A stretch of 64,000 nt of DNA, taken from the IMG/VR virus record IMGVR_UViG_3300021962_009794. One strand, given 5' to 3'. The translations under genes were made by a program, and so were the position numbers. Below, in pieces: positions 56,472-64,000 of the stretch. Within the stretch, counting starts at the first letter, position 1. Each line of letters begins with the position of its first letter. The notes under the pieces are model-generated. The model was not told where the DNA came from and searched no databases. It worked only from the letters and a program-made list of their open reading frames with translations. The DNA is from a virus. Lineage: Duplodnaviria; Heunggongvirae; Uroviricota; Caudoviricetes.

Positions 56472-56479
56472 TATATATC
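56472..56479 (-). promoter_or_regulatory. GATATATA-type promoter-like motif (minus orientation)
   Basis: 21 nt upstream of the minus-strand start at 56451. Confidence 0.35.
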
Positions 56480-56593
56480 TAAAAAAGAAAGACGAGAGTA
56501 GCGAATTCCCGTCTTTCAGTGATCGTAACCACTCCGGTCCTAAAATGGGGGATTAAACCCGCCGGATACTGTATATATGATACTAACGGAGGG

Positions 56594-56601
56594 GATATAT
56601 A
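56594..56601 (+). promoter_or_regulatory. GATATATAG promoter-like motif
   Basis: 5 nt upstream of the ATG at 56606. Confidence 0.35.
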
Positions 56602-56605
56602 GAGT

Positions 56606-57061
56606 ATGATGAAATTTATCAGAACCTTTGATGATTACGAGAATCAAATGGTTCCAACCAGTTTTAAAGTTACCGAGCCAGGAGTCAAAAATATTGCGGA
56701 CCAATTTCTAAGGGATCTTGGAAAGGATTACGATCTAAGGGTTGGCAAAGAGTTTGATCCGAAGAAAGGTAACTGTGCTTGGTATGTCCAAGAATTTTAT
56801 CAATGGGCGGAGAATAATAGAACACCAGTTAGAATAGTTTACTTTCCGGAGACAGAGAAAGCTAAAGATGCTCACATAGCAATTTTAATTGACGATTTAG
56901 TGCTCGATTTCGCTCATAAACAGTTTTCTAAAGACAAGAAAGAGAAATACGCTATATTGCCTTTAAAAGCTTATAAAAAGTACGGTTATTCGGATAAGAT
57001 GGAACTTTTGGACGAGGTTCCTAGCTGGATCGAAGACATTTACCCTTTAGACGAGAAATAG
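56606..57061 (+). CDS. hypothetical protein (151 aa)
   Basis: ORF. Confidence 0.5.
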   Translation: MMKFIRTFDDYENQMVPTSFKVTEPGVKNIADQFLRDLGKDYDLRVGKEFDPKKGNCAWYVQEFYQWAENNRTPVRIVYFPETEKAKDAHIAILIDDLVLDFAHKQFSKDKKEKYAILPLKAYKKYGYSDKMELLDEVPSWIEDIYPLDEK

Positions 57062-57062
57062 T

Positions 57063-57545
57063 TTAATTCTTCTTAATTTCTTTCTTCATCTTGTCAATCT
57101 TTTTAAGAATTGGCGAGATATCAGGTTTAGACTCGGGCCTCGGAGCTTGTTCCATTCTCATCATCATTGGTTCTTCTCCATCTGATCCATTACTTCTCAT
57201 AAGAACCTTAGGACGTTCTTCAAGGGTTTTACACTTGAAAGCTTCCGATCGTATCTCATCAAGCATCTTTATAAACTCACTTTCCCTTTGAAAGAGTTCT
57301 TGAGTACAAGATCTTTGACCTTCTCTAAGTCTTTGATCTAATGTGTCTATCTGGGTCTCAAGAGAGTTTATCCTTTCAGTTTGCTTTTCTATCTGATCTT
57401 CCAATTCCTTTCTGTCTGTAGTTATGGATGAAATGAAGCTAGGGGCAATGGTAATTATGGTGATAGTGGTTAGAACCATCAACAACGCCATTATTCTTTG
57501 TGTTCTGGTGAACTGTGCTAGTATTTCTGAGATGTACTTGAACAT
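57063..57545 (-). CDS. membrane-anchored coiled-coil protein
   Basis: N-terminal TM helix MALLMVLTTITIITIAPSFI followed by a coiled-coil segment. Confidence 0.45.
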   Translation of the reverse strand: MFKYISEILAQFTRTQRIMALLMVLTTITIITIAPSFISSITTDRKELEDQIEKQTERINSLETQIDTLDQRLREGQRSCTQELFQRESEFIKMLDEIRSEAFKCKTLEERPKVLMRSNGSDGEEPMMMRMEQAPRPESKPDISPILKKIDKMKKEIKKN

Positions 57546-57560
57546 TATCCTTGTTTTATT

Positions 57561-59246
57561 TTATATTCCATAGAAGCTTCTGGTTGCCTCGAAGTTCTGA
57601 GATATTTGAGAAGCGGTTAGGGCTGAGTTATACATCCTTACAACACCAAACTTACCATTGAACCATTGTCCGAATGTTGCACCCCCGTCGAAAGATCCCA
57701 TATATAACGAATGTGTTGTGTTTTTAATACTGGCAAAGGAGTGACTGTTACTTCCTTGGCTAACCCCATTAACATAAAGAGCAATTGAGTTTGAAGCAAC
57801 ATTAGTCCAGACTCCTACAATCTGATACCAAGTATTCGTTGACAATGTATAAGAAGGTGAAGTAATCGAAGTGGTGCCGTTACCAACCTCCATGTATGTT
57901 GAGCCTGAAGAATTTGTTCTAATACCATACCCCCAATCAGCTGCGTTACCTCCGTCAGTCTTACCTATCACGCATCTACTAGATCCAGCTATAACGGAGT
58001 GATTGATCCAAATCTCTACGGTCCAATCACCAGATCCTGGTTCTAATGTTGCGCTATCTGCTGTCGATGCAGTTGCATTTGTACCGTTGTAATTTAAGTA
58101 TGGATTGGTAAAGGTAACGTTGGTTAGTGTACTGGTCAAGGAGTTACCTGACATGTCACTTAATGATGTTCCCGATCCGGAATAACTATATAAATCTCCA
58201 GGATTATAGTAGAGAACTAGATTCTGAAGTACTGGAGAAAGGTATTTAGATGCGCCAGTATTATAGATTGACTGAACGCTAGAGAAATTTAGACCAGTAT
58301 TATAAACAAGAACCTCTGCTATCTTACCCGGGAAATATTCTGAGCCGTTTGTAACCCCTATAGTTAAGTTATTAGCATTCGGAACCGCATGACCTGATCC
58401 TGGGGTGTCTGAAGCTGCAGTGGCCCCATTTACCCAAATTGTTCTAGTTGTCCCGTTGAATGCTGCAACCACGTTAAACCATTGGAGAGATCTAAATCCG
58501 GAAGGATAAACCGCTAGATCGTTATTCCACCAATAGTTAACCAATCCATTAGTAGCAAGTATTCTGAAAGCATTCACCTGATTGTTTGAACCGTAATTAC
58601 CCCATCCGATCAATCCATATGCTCCAGCCATAGAATTGGCATTAATCCATAGACTAATAGTATATTGATCATTCTGTGTCGGAATAAGACTGGTTGAAGA
58701 GAAACTTACGTAAGATAAAGATCCGGTAAAATACATGTTATCTGGACCATTTGAACTATAAGTGACTGAGTTAAGAGTTCCGTTATTTCCGTTACCTGAG
58801 AGATCATACCAAGTTGATCCGCTTCCCGAATATGATGATGGATTCGAAGCATCCAGATATAAAACCATTCCGGAAGGTATAGTTGTAAACGAAGTCCAGT
58901 ACCCGTTGGTGTTTAGCCATGTTTTAGCGGCACTTCCTGTTGAAAAAGGTCCTCCACCAGAGAGTCTAGCAACAACATTAGAAATCGATATGAAAGACGA
59001 TTCGGTTAGATCAGTAGACCTATAAAATCCAACAGATCCAGAAACACCAGTTATTGGAGTTGGTTGGGTGTCACCAGGAACAGGTTCTGCGATAACATAT
59101 CCAGTATCCTCGTCTGGTCCATTCCACCACTCAAGACCCGTAGCAGAAAATCCTGCTGTGGGATAGCCTACAGCTAAACTACCAACCTGTTCAGTTCCCG
59201 CTATAGCTGATCCTGTATTGTATGAAAAGGGTCTTGCTGTTGCCAT
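57561..59246 (-). CDS. LamG/concanavalin-A-like double-domain protein (virion or fibre protein candidate)
   Basis: Two blocks with the LamG pattern (W.N....G..GL.G.....N..R.....G...W.N.......W.....NG; TVEIWINHS...YQIVGVWTN...LYVNG); rich in S/T/N/G. Confidence 0.55.
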   Translation of the reverse strand: MATARPFSYNTGSAIAGTEQVGSLAVGYPTAGFSATGLEWWNGPDEDTGYVIAEPVPGDTQPTPITGVSGSVGFYRSTDLTESSFISISNVVARLSGGGPFSTGSAAKTWLNTNGYWTSFTTIPSGMVLYLDASNPSSYSGSGSTWYDLSGNGNNGTLNSVTYSSNGPDNMYFTGSLSYVSFSSTSLIPTQNDQYTISLWINANSMAGAYGLIGWGNYGSNNQVNAFRILATNGLVNYWWNNDLAVYPSGFRSLQWFNVVAAFNGTTRTIWVNGATAASDTPGSGHAVPNANNLTIGVTNGSEYFPGKIAEVLVYNTGLNFSSVQSIYNTGASKYLSPVLQNLVLYYNPGDLYSYSGSGTSLSDMSGNSLTSTLTNVTFTNPYLNYNGTNATASTADSATLEPGSGDWTVEIWINHSVIAGSSRCVIGKTDGGNAADWGYGIRTNSSGSTYMEVGNGTTSITSPSYTLSTNTWYQIVGVWTNVASNSIALYVNGVSQGSNSHSFASIKNTTHSLYMGSFDGGATFGQWFNGKFGVVRMYNSALTASQISQNFEATRSFYGI

Positions 59247-59252
59247 GTTAAT

Positions 59253-59260
59253 TATATATC
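59253..59260 (-). promoter_or_regulatory. GATATATA-type promoter-like motif (minus orientation)
   Basis: 7 nt upstream of the minus-strand start at 59246. Confidence 0.35.
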
Positions 59261-59261
59261 A

Positions 59262-59286
59262 CAAAAAAAGCAGGGATGAACCTGCT
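59262..59286 (-). terminator. rho-independent terminator (minus strand)
   Basis: gcagg-gatgaa-cctgc hairpin with the T-run on the minus strand (plus-strand A-run 59263-59269); follows minus gene 59309..59899. Confidence 0.65.
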
Positions 59287-59308
59287 CTTTCTATTATGTA
59301 ATTGGGAT

Positions 59309-59899
59309 TTAAAATTTCACTCCAAATTTCTTAACAATGCCATTAAGTTTTGCAAGTTCTTCCTCGTTTAATTCCTCTTTCAACCAATAAGAGAGTTTTG
59401 TTAATCTTAGATTCGGATTCTTCTTATAGAATTCTTCTCTTGCTTTCCAATAAGCCTCTACGTTTCCTGTACCGCCATCTTTTTTCCAGAAATTCATGCT
59501 TGATATAACGTCCTTCATCATAGCAGGAAATATGTTCCATCTATTAGAAACCTGCTTACTGAATGCGTCTACTTTACCTGAGATCAATTCACCAAAGAAA
59601 GCTAAACCAGACCCACCGCCTGAAGAGTAGTTAAAATCAAACAGATCCCAAAGTGCCATAAGCTGAATTAGTTCTGCCTTGGTCTTAATCTTAGAAAAGA
59701 CGGAGAATATTGCATCCTCATCAGTTCCTGTACCTTGCATTGCTTTCCATAAAGTTTTACAGTTTTCTGCTGCCTGCTTTGCCGCCGGATTATCTTTAAT
59801 GTACTTAGCAATAACAGCCACCTTGTTTCTGTTATAAGCATCCTCTAGGATTGGCTCTGAAGAAGAATCGAATGTTTCGTATAATTTAATGTACTTCAT
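59309..59899 (-). CDS. hypothetical protein with MKYIKLYETF propeptide-like N-terminus
   Basis: ORF. Confidence 0.55.
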   Translation of the reverse strand: MKYIKLYETFDSSSEPILEDAYNRNKVAVIAKYIKDNPAAKQAAENCKTLWKAMQGTGTDEDAIFSVFSKIKTKAELIQLMALWDLFDFNYSSGGGSGLAFFGELISGKVDAFSKQVSNRWNIFPAMMKDVISSMNFWKKDGGTGNVEAYWKAREEFYKKNPNLRLTKLSYWLKEELNEEELAKLNGIVKKFGVKF

Positions 59900-59929
59900 T
59901 ATGGTAATTTTTTTATATCCTTATATATT

Positions 59930-60829
59930 TTAAATCATGCCTTTAATTTTGGTATATGTTGATAAAGCTTTGTACTTTCTGATCTCCTCTTGACTTAAAG
60001 CAGGATTGTCCTTGTACATCAGAATTCTATCCTCATCTGGCATGTCAGGCCAAAATTCTTCTAGTGCTTCCGTATATGTTCTTCTTCGACTTCCCCCTCC
60101 TTGATTCATTATCTCTATAATATTTTTTAGAGTGCCTGGAGAAACTGGGTTGTCCCGGCAGAAAATCCCGTTAGTCTTTGGTGCACCTTCTAGAGACACG
60201 ATAAGATTTCTACTACAGTAGATATCCTTCACTACCTCTGGTGCTCCTACTAATGAGGTGAGCTTATTGTCGCTACAGTTCAATGAGCTTAATAGTTCCC
60301 TAGGTGATCCTTCTAAAGTTGTGAGCTTGTTTTCAGATGCGTGAAGAGTATAGTAGACATTCTGGGGTGCTCCTACTAGTGAGGTGAGTTTGTTATTAGA
60401 GCAATCAAAAACTCTAGCAACCTTTTCTGGTGCGCCCTCTAAAGTTTCCAATATATTCACACTGCAATCAAAATCTCCACCAACTTCCCTCGGAGATCCT
60501 ATTAGGTTCTTAAGGGAGTTCTGTGCGCAGATAAAATTCGCACCAACAAAAACGGGTGAGCCAACTAAGGAGGTGAGAGCGTTGGAGCTGCAATCGAAAC
60601 TGCCCTTAATCTCTCCGAATTCTATTCCTTTAAAGTCTCGTAATTTTTGTCCCTGACAGACGAATTTCCCGTAAACATCAACCTTACCTGTTGAAGGATT
60701 ATACTCCCATGATCCATACGCTCCACCCAACACGCCCTTATCAAGCCATCTCATCTGTTCTTTAGTGAACACCTTTCTGATTGGCTCTGATTCGGATTCA
60801 AATACGTGGTATGGTGTAACGTGCTTCAT
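59930..60829 (-). CDS. repeat protein (about 23-aa LTSLEGAP-type leucine-rich-like repeats) with MKHVTPYHVFES N-terminus and conserved C-terminal module
   Basis: Repeats G.P..V.G.F.CS.N.LTSL.GAP; the C-terminal W..MPDEDRILMY...EE.RKYKAL..Y.KIK module is shared with 62015..62554 and 62583..63194. Confidence 0.55.
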   Translation of the reverse strand: MKHVTPYHVFESESEPIRKVFTKEQMRWLDKGVLGGAYGSWEYNPSTGKVDVYGKFVCQGQKLRDFKGIEFGEIKGSFDCSSNALTSLVGSPVFVGANFICAQNSLKNLIGSPREVGGDFDCSVNILETLEGAPEKVARVFDCSNNKLTSLVGAPQNVYYTLHASENKLTTLEGSPRELLSSLNCSDNKLTSLVGAPEVVKDIYCSRNLIVSLEGAPKTNGIFCRDNPVSPGTLKNIIEIMNQGGGSRRRTYTEALEEFWPDMPDEDRILMYKDNPALSQEEIRKYKALSTYTKIKGMI

Positions 60830-60833
60830 AATT

Positions 60834-60841
60834 TATATATC
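60834..60841 (-). promoter_or_regulatory. GATATATA-type promoter-like motif (minus orientation)
   Basis: 5 nt upstream of the minus-strand start at 60829. Confidence 0.35.
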
Positions 60842-60843
60842 CG

Positions 60844-60873
60844 CAAAAAAAGCAGACAAAAGCCTGCTTTTTA
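60844..60873. terminator. bidirectional-looking rho-independent terminator
   Basis: A-run, agcag...ctgct hairpin, TTTTT; follows minus gene 60891..61250. Confidence 0.6.
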
Positions 60874-60890
60874 GATTATGTAATTGATTC

Positions 60891-61250
60891 TTATGCTCTG
60901 TTCTTGATTCTTACAAGCTTATCATAAAGGAATCCTGCCTCGTCTTCAACATTTTGTAGATCTAAAGTCTTACCCTTATAAATAATCTCTGGAGTGTTCT
61001 TGTCGACAAGAAAAGAGTTGTCATTTATCCAAGCAACAATCACACCTGGTTTAATCTCTCTTACGTTACTTACCCAATCCTGCTGGCGAGCAGCTGAGGT
61101 AGCATTATGCAATGTTTCCAAAGATTTTCTGTCTTCTTTATTCTCGAATCCTAGTGCTTTCTTAGCACCGCTAGCAATTCTAGAAAAGAACCCTGCGGGT
61201 TTTTCCATTGGGCCTTCTTTGAAATCTTCGAATAGTTGGAGGTTTTTCAT
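60891..61250 (-). CDS. hypothetical protein with MKNLQLFEDF propeptide-like N-terminus
   Basis: ORF. Confidence 0.5.
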   Translation of the reverse strand: MKNLQLFEDFKEGPMEKPAGFFSRIASGAKKALGFENKEDRKSLETLHNATSAARQQDWVSNVREIKPGVIVAWINDNSFLVDKNTPEIIYKGKTLDLQNVEDEAGFLYDKLVRIKNRA

Positions 61251-61291
61251 TCAGTTCGTAATTTTTTATTCTTTATATATTCCGAACCAGA

Positions 61292-61978
61292 CTATTTCTT
61301 CTCAGTCATAGTAGGAATTGGAGTTCCAACAGGGTAAGGGAATCCTTGTTTAGCTGCTGTTACTGAAGTCTGCCCATTTTTAACAGGAACTGCTATACGT
61401 AAAGGAACTGCAGCTTCATTAAGTGGTCCGTAAACTTTAGCTAACACTATGCCAGTCTCTGTAGTGTCGAAGATCACACCAGGCATGGCAAACATGTTGC
61501 TCTCAGATGTAGCTGGATCTTCCATGTTGATCGTGAATGCTCTGTTCACTGGACTCATCATCTCCCATTGCTTATTTGCAGGGTTGAACTGAGGAATAGT
61601 TGTTGTGGTGTCGAAGTACCAGAATAAACTCCAAACTGTCTTATCACTTCCGTCTGGGGTTTGGAAGGCGGTAGCCACGTTGAAATCTCCCCAAGTACCA
61701 CCACTTCCATACATGGCTAGATTAGAGATAGAAGGTCCGTCAAGTACAGGACAGATAGCGCATCCCTCTTTATATTCAACACCTTGGATAACAATTGTCT
61801 TGCCGGTAGGTACTGCAGCAGATGCTCCACAGAAAGCAAATTTGCCTTTGTGAATTCTAAGCACACCAGCTTCATTCTCTTGTGCAACTTCTATTTGGGT
61901 CTCATGCTTCTTCTCTGAGCATGCTGTAAAGGCAAGCATTGCGGCTGCCATTAGTAATAGTTTTGTTGTTTTCATCAT
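61292..61978 (-). CDS. putative lipoprotein (228 aa)
   Basis: MMKTTKLLLMAAAMLAFTAC signal peptide plus lipobox; promoter motif at 61999-62006. Confidence 0.55.
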   Translation of the reverse strand: MMKTTKLLLMAAAMLAFTACSEKKHETQIEVAQENEAGVLRIHKGKFAFCGASAAVPTGKTIVIQGVEYKEGCAICPVLDGPSISNLAMYGSGGTWGDFNVATAFQTPDGSDKTVWSLFWYFDTTTTIPQFNPANKQWEMMSPVNRAFTINMEDPATSESNMFAMPGVIFDTTETGIVLAKVYGPLNEAAVPLRIAVPVKNGQTSVTAAKQGFPYPVGTPIPTMTEKK

Positions 61979-61998
61979 GGTTTATTATTTTATTACCC

Positions 61999-62006
61999 TA
62001 TATATC
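61999..62006 (-). promoter_or_regulatory. GATATATA-type promoter-like motif (minus orientation)
   Basis: 21 nt upstream of the minus-strand start at 61978. Confidence 0.35.
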
Positions 62007-62014
62007 GGGTGAAA

Positions 62015-62554
62015 TTAGATCACGTCTTTTATTCTATTGTAGAGTTTAAAAGCTTTCAGCTTTCTCTCCTCTTCGGGACTCACCCATTTTAAATCTGGTG
62101 TATATAAAGCTGCCTTGGTGTTGTCGCTAAGTGATGGCCACACCATCTCCAATGATTTTGGGTCCAGATTTTTCTCAATAGCCTCCATAGCTTCCGCTCT
62201 TTCCTCTTTGAAGTATTCTCTGTTCTCCTCCCATATATCATCCTCTGTTACTTCCTCTCCCGGAGATAAGCCATCACCATGTTCAATCGCATCGCCTATT
62301 AGAACCCCTCTGTTTAGCCACACATCGGTATATCCTGGTCCCTCTTTTGTCAGATCAACGAGTATAGAGAGGTCGGTATTCAAAGTTTCGGCAAATTCAT
62401 CAAGTTCATCGAGAAGATCCTCCGGCGGATCATCACCTTCAATAAACCAGCTCTCCCCTGATAGGGCTTTGATCTTATAGAATATTATAAGATCTTCTTT
62501 ATTAAATTTATCAAATTCGGATTCAAAAACTGTATATGGTGTGACGTGCTTCAT
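62015..62554 (-). CDS. hypothetical acidic protein with MKHVTPYTVFES N-terminus and shared C-terminal module
   Basis: ORF 62015..62650 trimmed to the ATG 6 nt downstream of the promoter motif at 62560-62567; C-terminal W...DLKWVSPEEERKLKAFKLYNRIKDVI. Confidence 0.5.
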   Translation of the reverse strand: MKHVTPYTVFESEFDKFNKEDLIIFYKIKALSGESWFIEGDDPPEDLLDELDEFAETLNTDLSILVDLTKEGPGYTDVWLNRGVLIGDAIEHGDGLSPGEEVTEDDIWEENREYFKEERAEAMEAIEKNLDPKSLEMVWPSLSDNTKAALYTPDLKWVSPEEERKLKAFKLYNRIKDVI

Positions 62555-62559
62555 AGAAC

Positions 62560-62567
62560 TATATATC
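62560..62567 (-). promoter_or_regulatory. GATATATA-type promoter-like motif (minus orientation)
   Basis: 6 nt upstream of the ATG at 62554. Confidence 0.35.
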
Positions 62568-62582
62568 CATGGATAAGGTGCG

Positions 62583-63194
62583 TCATAGCATGTTCTTGAT
62601 GTTGCTATAAAACAGAAAGGCCTCAATCTTTCTTTTCTCCTCGGAACCAATCCAATAAAAATTTGGTCTGTATAAAAGAACCTGATCCTCTATAGGAATC
62701 TCGCTCCATAGAAGTTCAACTGAATCCAGGTAGTTCTGATATAAAAGTCCTCCCATGAGGTGGGCTATTTTGTGAAGAACCTCTTCAGAAACTGGATTCG
62801 TTGAGACCCATAGCGCGCCACCGATCTTCCTGGGTAATCCCTCCAGACTGGTGAGCTGGTTTTTATTAAGGGTTAGATGTCCACCAACCTCACTAGGTGC
62901 GTTCTTCAGAGAGGTGAGGGGGTTGCTGGTGAGATACAGGTGACTCAAGATCTCCCTAGGGAATCCATCCAGAGTGGTGAACAGGTTGTCATCGGCGTTG
63001 AAGTACCCTGTGACCGTTCCAAACCTCACGCCCTTCAGATCTCTCAGACCCTGACGGCTGCAATCGAAATTACCCTTCACGCTCACCAGCCCAGTCGAGG
63101 CATCGTGGCTCAGATTGCCGCTGGTGCAGGAGGAGAGCCAATCAATTTGCTCTCTGCTTAGGACTGGGAGTTGTGGATTAGGAACAGTTCTCAT
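62583..63194 (-). CDS. GC-rich paralog of the 59930..60829 repeat protein, lacking the N-terminal propeptide motif
   Basis: STGLVSVKGNFDCSRQGLRDLKGVRFG, LTSLEG repeats and C-terminal W.EIPIEDQVLLY...EEKRKIEAF.FYSNIKNML match the paralog; start set at M55 of the track ORF; codon usage visibly GC-richer than neighbours. Confidence 0.45.
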   Translation of the reverse strand: MRTVPNPQLPVLSREQIDWLSSCTSGNLSHDASTGLVSVKGNFDCSRQGLRDLKGVRFGTVTGYFNADDNLFTTLDGFPREILSHLYLTSNPLTSLKNAPSEVGGHLTLNKNQLTSLEGLPRKIGGALWVSTNPVSEEVLHKIAHLMGGLLYQNYLDSVELLWSEIPIEDQVLLYRPNFYWIGSEEKRKIEAFLFYSNIKNML

Positions 63195-63346
63195 TGTACA
63201 GCAAATGTAAGAACTGTTTACGGGCGGAAAAAATGAAACCGGGCCTTTTCGGCCCTTTTCCCCAGATGGGCCCGGCCTCCAAATAGATATAGCATATATT
63301 CCGTCTCTTATAGAGCTAGATAGATAGAGAGATACTAAAGAACAGC

Positions 63347-63730
63347 ATGAGCACACAATCGCATATAGACAAGGTAAGCATGAAACCTAATCTACTACCA
63401 TACCCACACCATGTAGCAGCACCTAAGATAGAAGCACTAGATCTATCAACGTTCAATAAGCTACAGGCGCACAAGGTCACTAAGTCGCTACAGAAGAGAG
63501 CAGATGAGATAGCGAGCTTAATGAAGTCCTTACAAGAAGACTATGAGCTCAACCTACAGCTCTACTCGGCAACCAGATCTTTCGAGCCTGTACTAGGGGA
63601 GGTGTATCATCTATATGAGAAGCCAGATGGCACCCAGTTCTTAAGCCTTATAGCTCCCACCGAATGGAAGCAGAAGTACCTGTACTCTGGCACACTTAAC
63701 TCAGATGGCACCTGGAGCAGGGTACAGTAG
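63347..63730 (+). CDS. hypothetical protein (127 aa, GC-richer segment)
   Basis: ORF. Confidence 0.4.
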   Translation: MSTQSHIDKVSMKPNLLPYPHHVAAPKIEALDLSTFNKLQAHKVTKSLQKRADEIASLMKSLQEDYELNLQLYSATRSFEPVLGEVYHLYEKPDGTQFLSLIAPTEWKQKYLYSGTLNSDGTWSRVQ

Positions 63731-63735
63731 TCAAA

Positions 63736-63744
63736 GATATATAG
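63736..63744 (+). promoter_or_regulatory. GATATATAG promoter-like motif
   Basis: 5 nt upstream of the ATG at 63749; shows the phage motif persists in the GC-richer segment. Confidence 0.35.
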
Positions 63745-63748
63745 AGGC

Positions 63749-64000
63749 ATGAGACACCTACAGAAATACAGAGGATTTGGGATCAAAGAGAACATCACCC
63801 AAACAGAAGGCTGGGAGATTAGCGACAACTCCCTCTATAAGAAATACGTGTTCGAAGACTTCAATGTTGCCATGGAGTTTATGAACGAAGTAGCAGAGGT
63901 GTGTAACCAAATGAATCACCATCCCAAGTGGACCAACATCTATAAGACAGTAGAGTGCTGGCTCAGAACCCACGACGTGGAAGCCATCACGGATAATGAC
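63749..64000 (+). CDS. pterin-4a-carbinolamine dehydratase (PCD/DCoH), 3' end beyond window
   Basis: EVCNQMNHHPKWTNIYKTVECWLRTHDVEAITDND matches the PCD signature ([EDKH]-x-H-[HN]-P-x...-H-D); open to the window end. Confidence 0.55.
   Translation, partial: MRHLQKYRGFGIKENITQTEGWEISDNSLYKKYVFEDFNVAMEFMNEVAEVCNQMNHHPKWTNIYKTVECWLRTHDVEAITDND

Noticed and set aside
62650-64000. Host chromosome / prophage junction at the GC shift
   Set aside because: The GC-richer segment still contains the phage-specific GATATATAG promoter motif (63736) directly upstream of the PCD gene, and a paralog of a phage protein family. It is more likely a mosaic phage segment than host DNA.
1-64000. CRISPR arrays, integrase or attachment sites, transposase or IS elements
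   Set aside because: No regularly spaced direct repeats, no tyrosine/serine recombinase-like ORF and no transposase-like ORF were seen in any frame. The tRNA genes are not adjacent to an integrase.

Overview
The window is AT-rich (roughly 35% GC by eye), densely packed and mostly single-orientation. It reads as part of a large T4-like virulent phage of a Bacteroidetes-type host; there are many lipoprotein-style signal peptides and weak Shine-Dalgarno sequences. About 95 CDS are supported. Many share a conserved GATATATA(A/G) promoter-like motif just upstream of the start codon, and at least 12 begin with a short M-[KR]-x-[IL]-K-[LM]-[FY]-E prefix that looks like a T4-type prohead-protease LxE cleavage site or capsid-targeting propeptide. 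Recognisable functions: a Dda-like SF1 helicase; a GIY-YIG endonuclease; a T4 Rnl1-like RNA ligase followed by a metallophosphoesterase and a Pnk-like kinase; a second K-x-D-G RNA ligase; a Thg1-like 3'-5' nucleotidyltransferase; an HD-domain hydrolase and HAD 5'-deoxynucleotidases; an IMPDH/GMP-reductase-family protein; a UDP-glucose 4-epimerase; a flotillin/SPFH protein; a CHAP-domain peptidoglycan hydrolase; ClpP immediately followed by SmpB; a PTH2-family peptidyl-tRNA hydrolase with an odd start; a sigma-70-family factor; a secreted type-3-copper tyrosinase lipoprotein; a LamG-domain protein; and a partial pterin-4a-carbinolamine dehydratase at the window end. RNA features: one hand-folded tRNA-Met(CAU) and four tRNA-like elements with good acceptor and T arms but non-canonical anticodon regions, one of which shows a CUA triplet in an anticodon-loop-like context. 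Several clear rho-independent terminators, three of them bidirectional, are present. The last ~1.3 kb is markedly GC-richer but still carries the phage promoter motif and a phage paralog. All calls come from reading the sequence and the ORF translations by eye; no searches were run.
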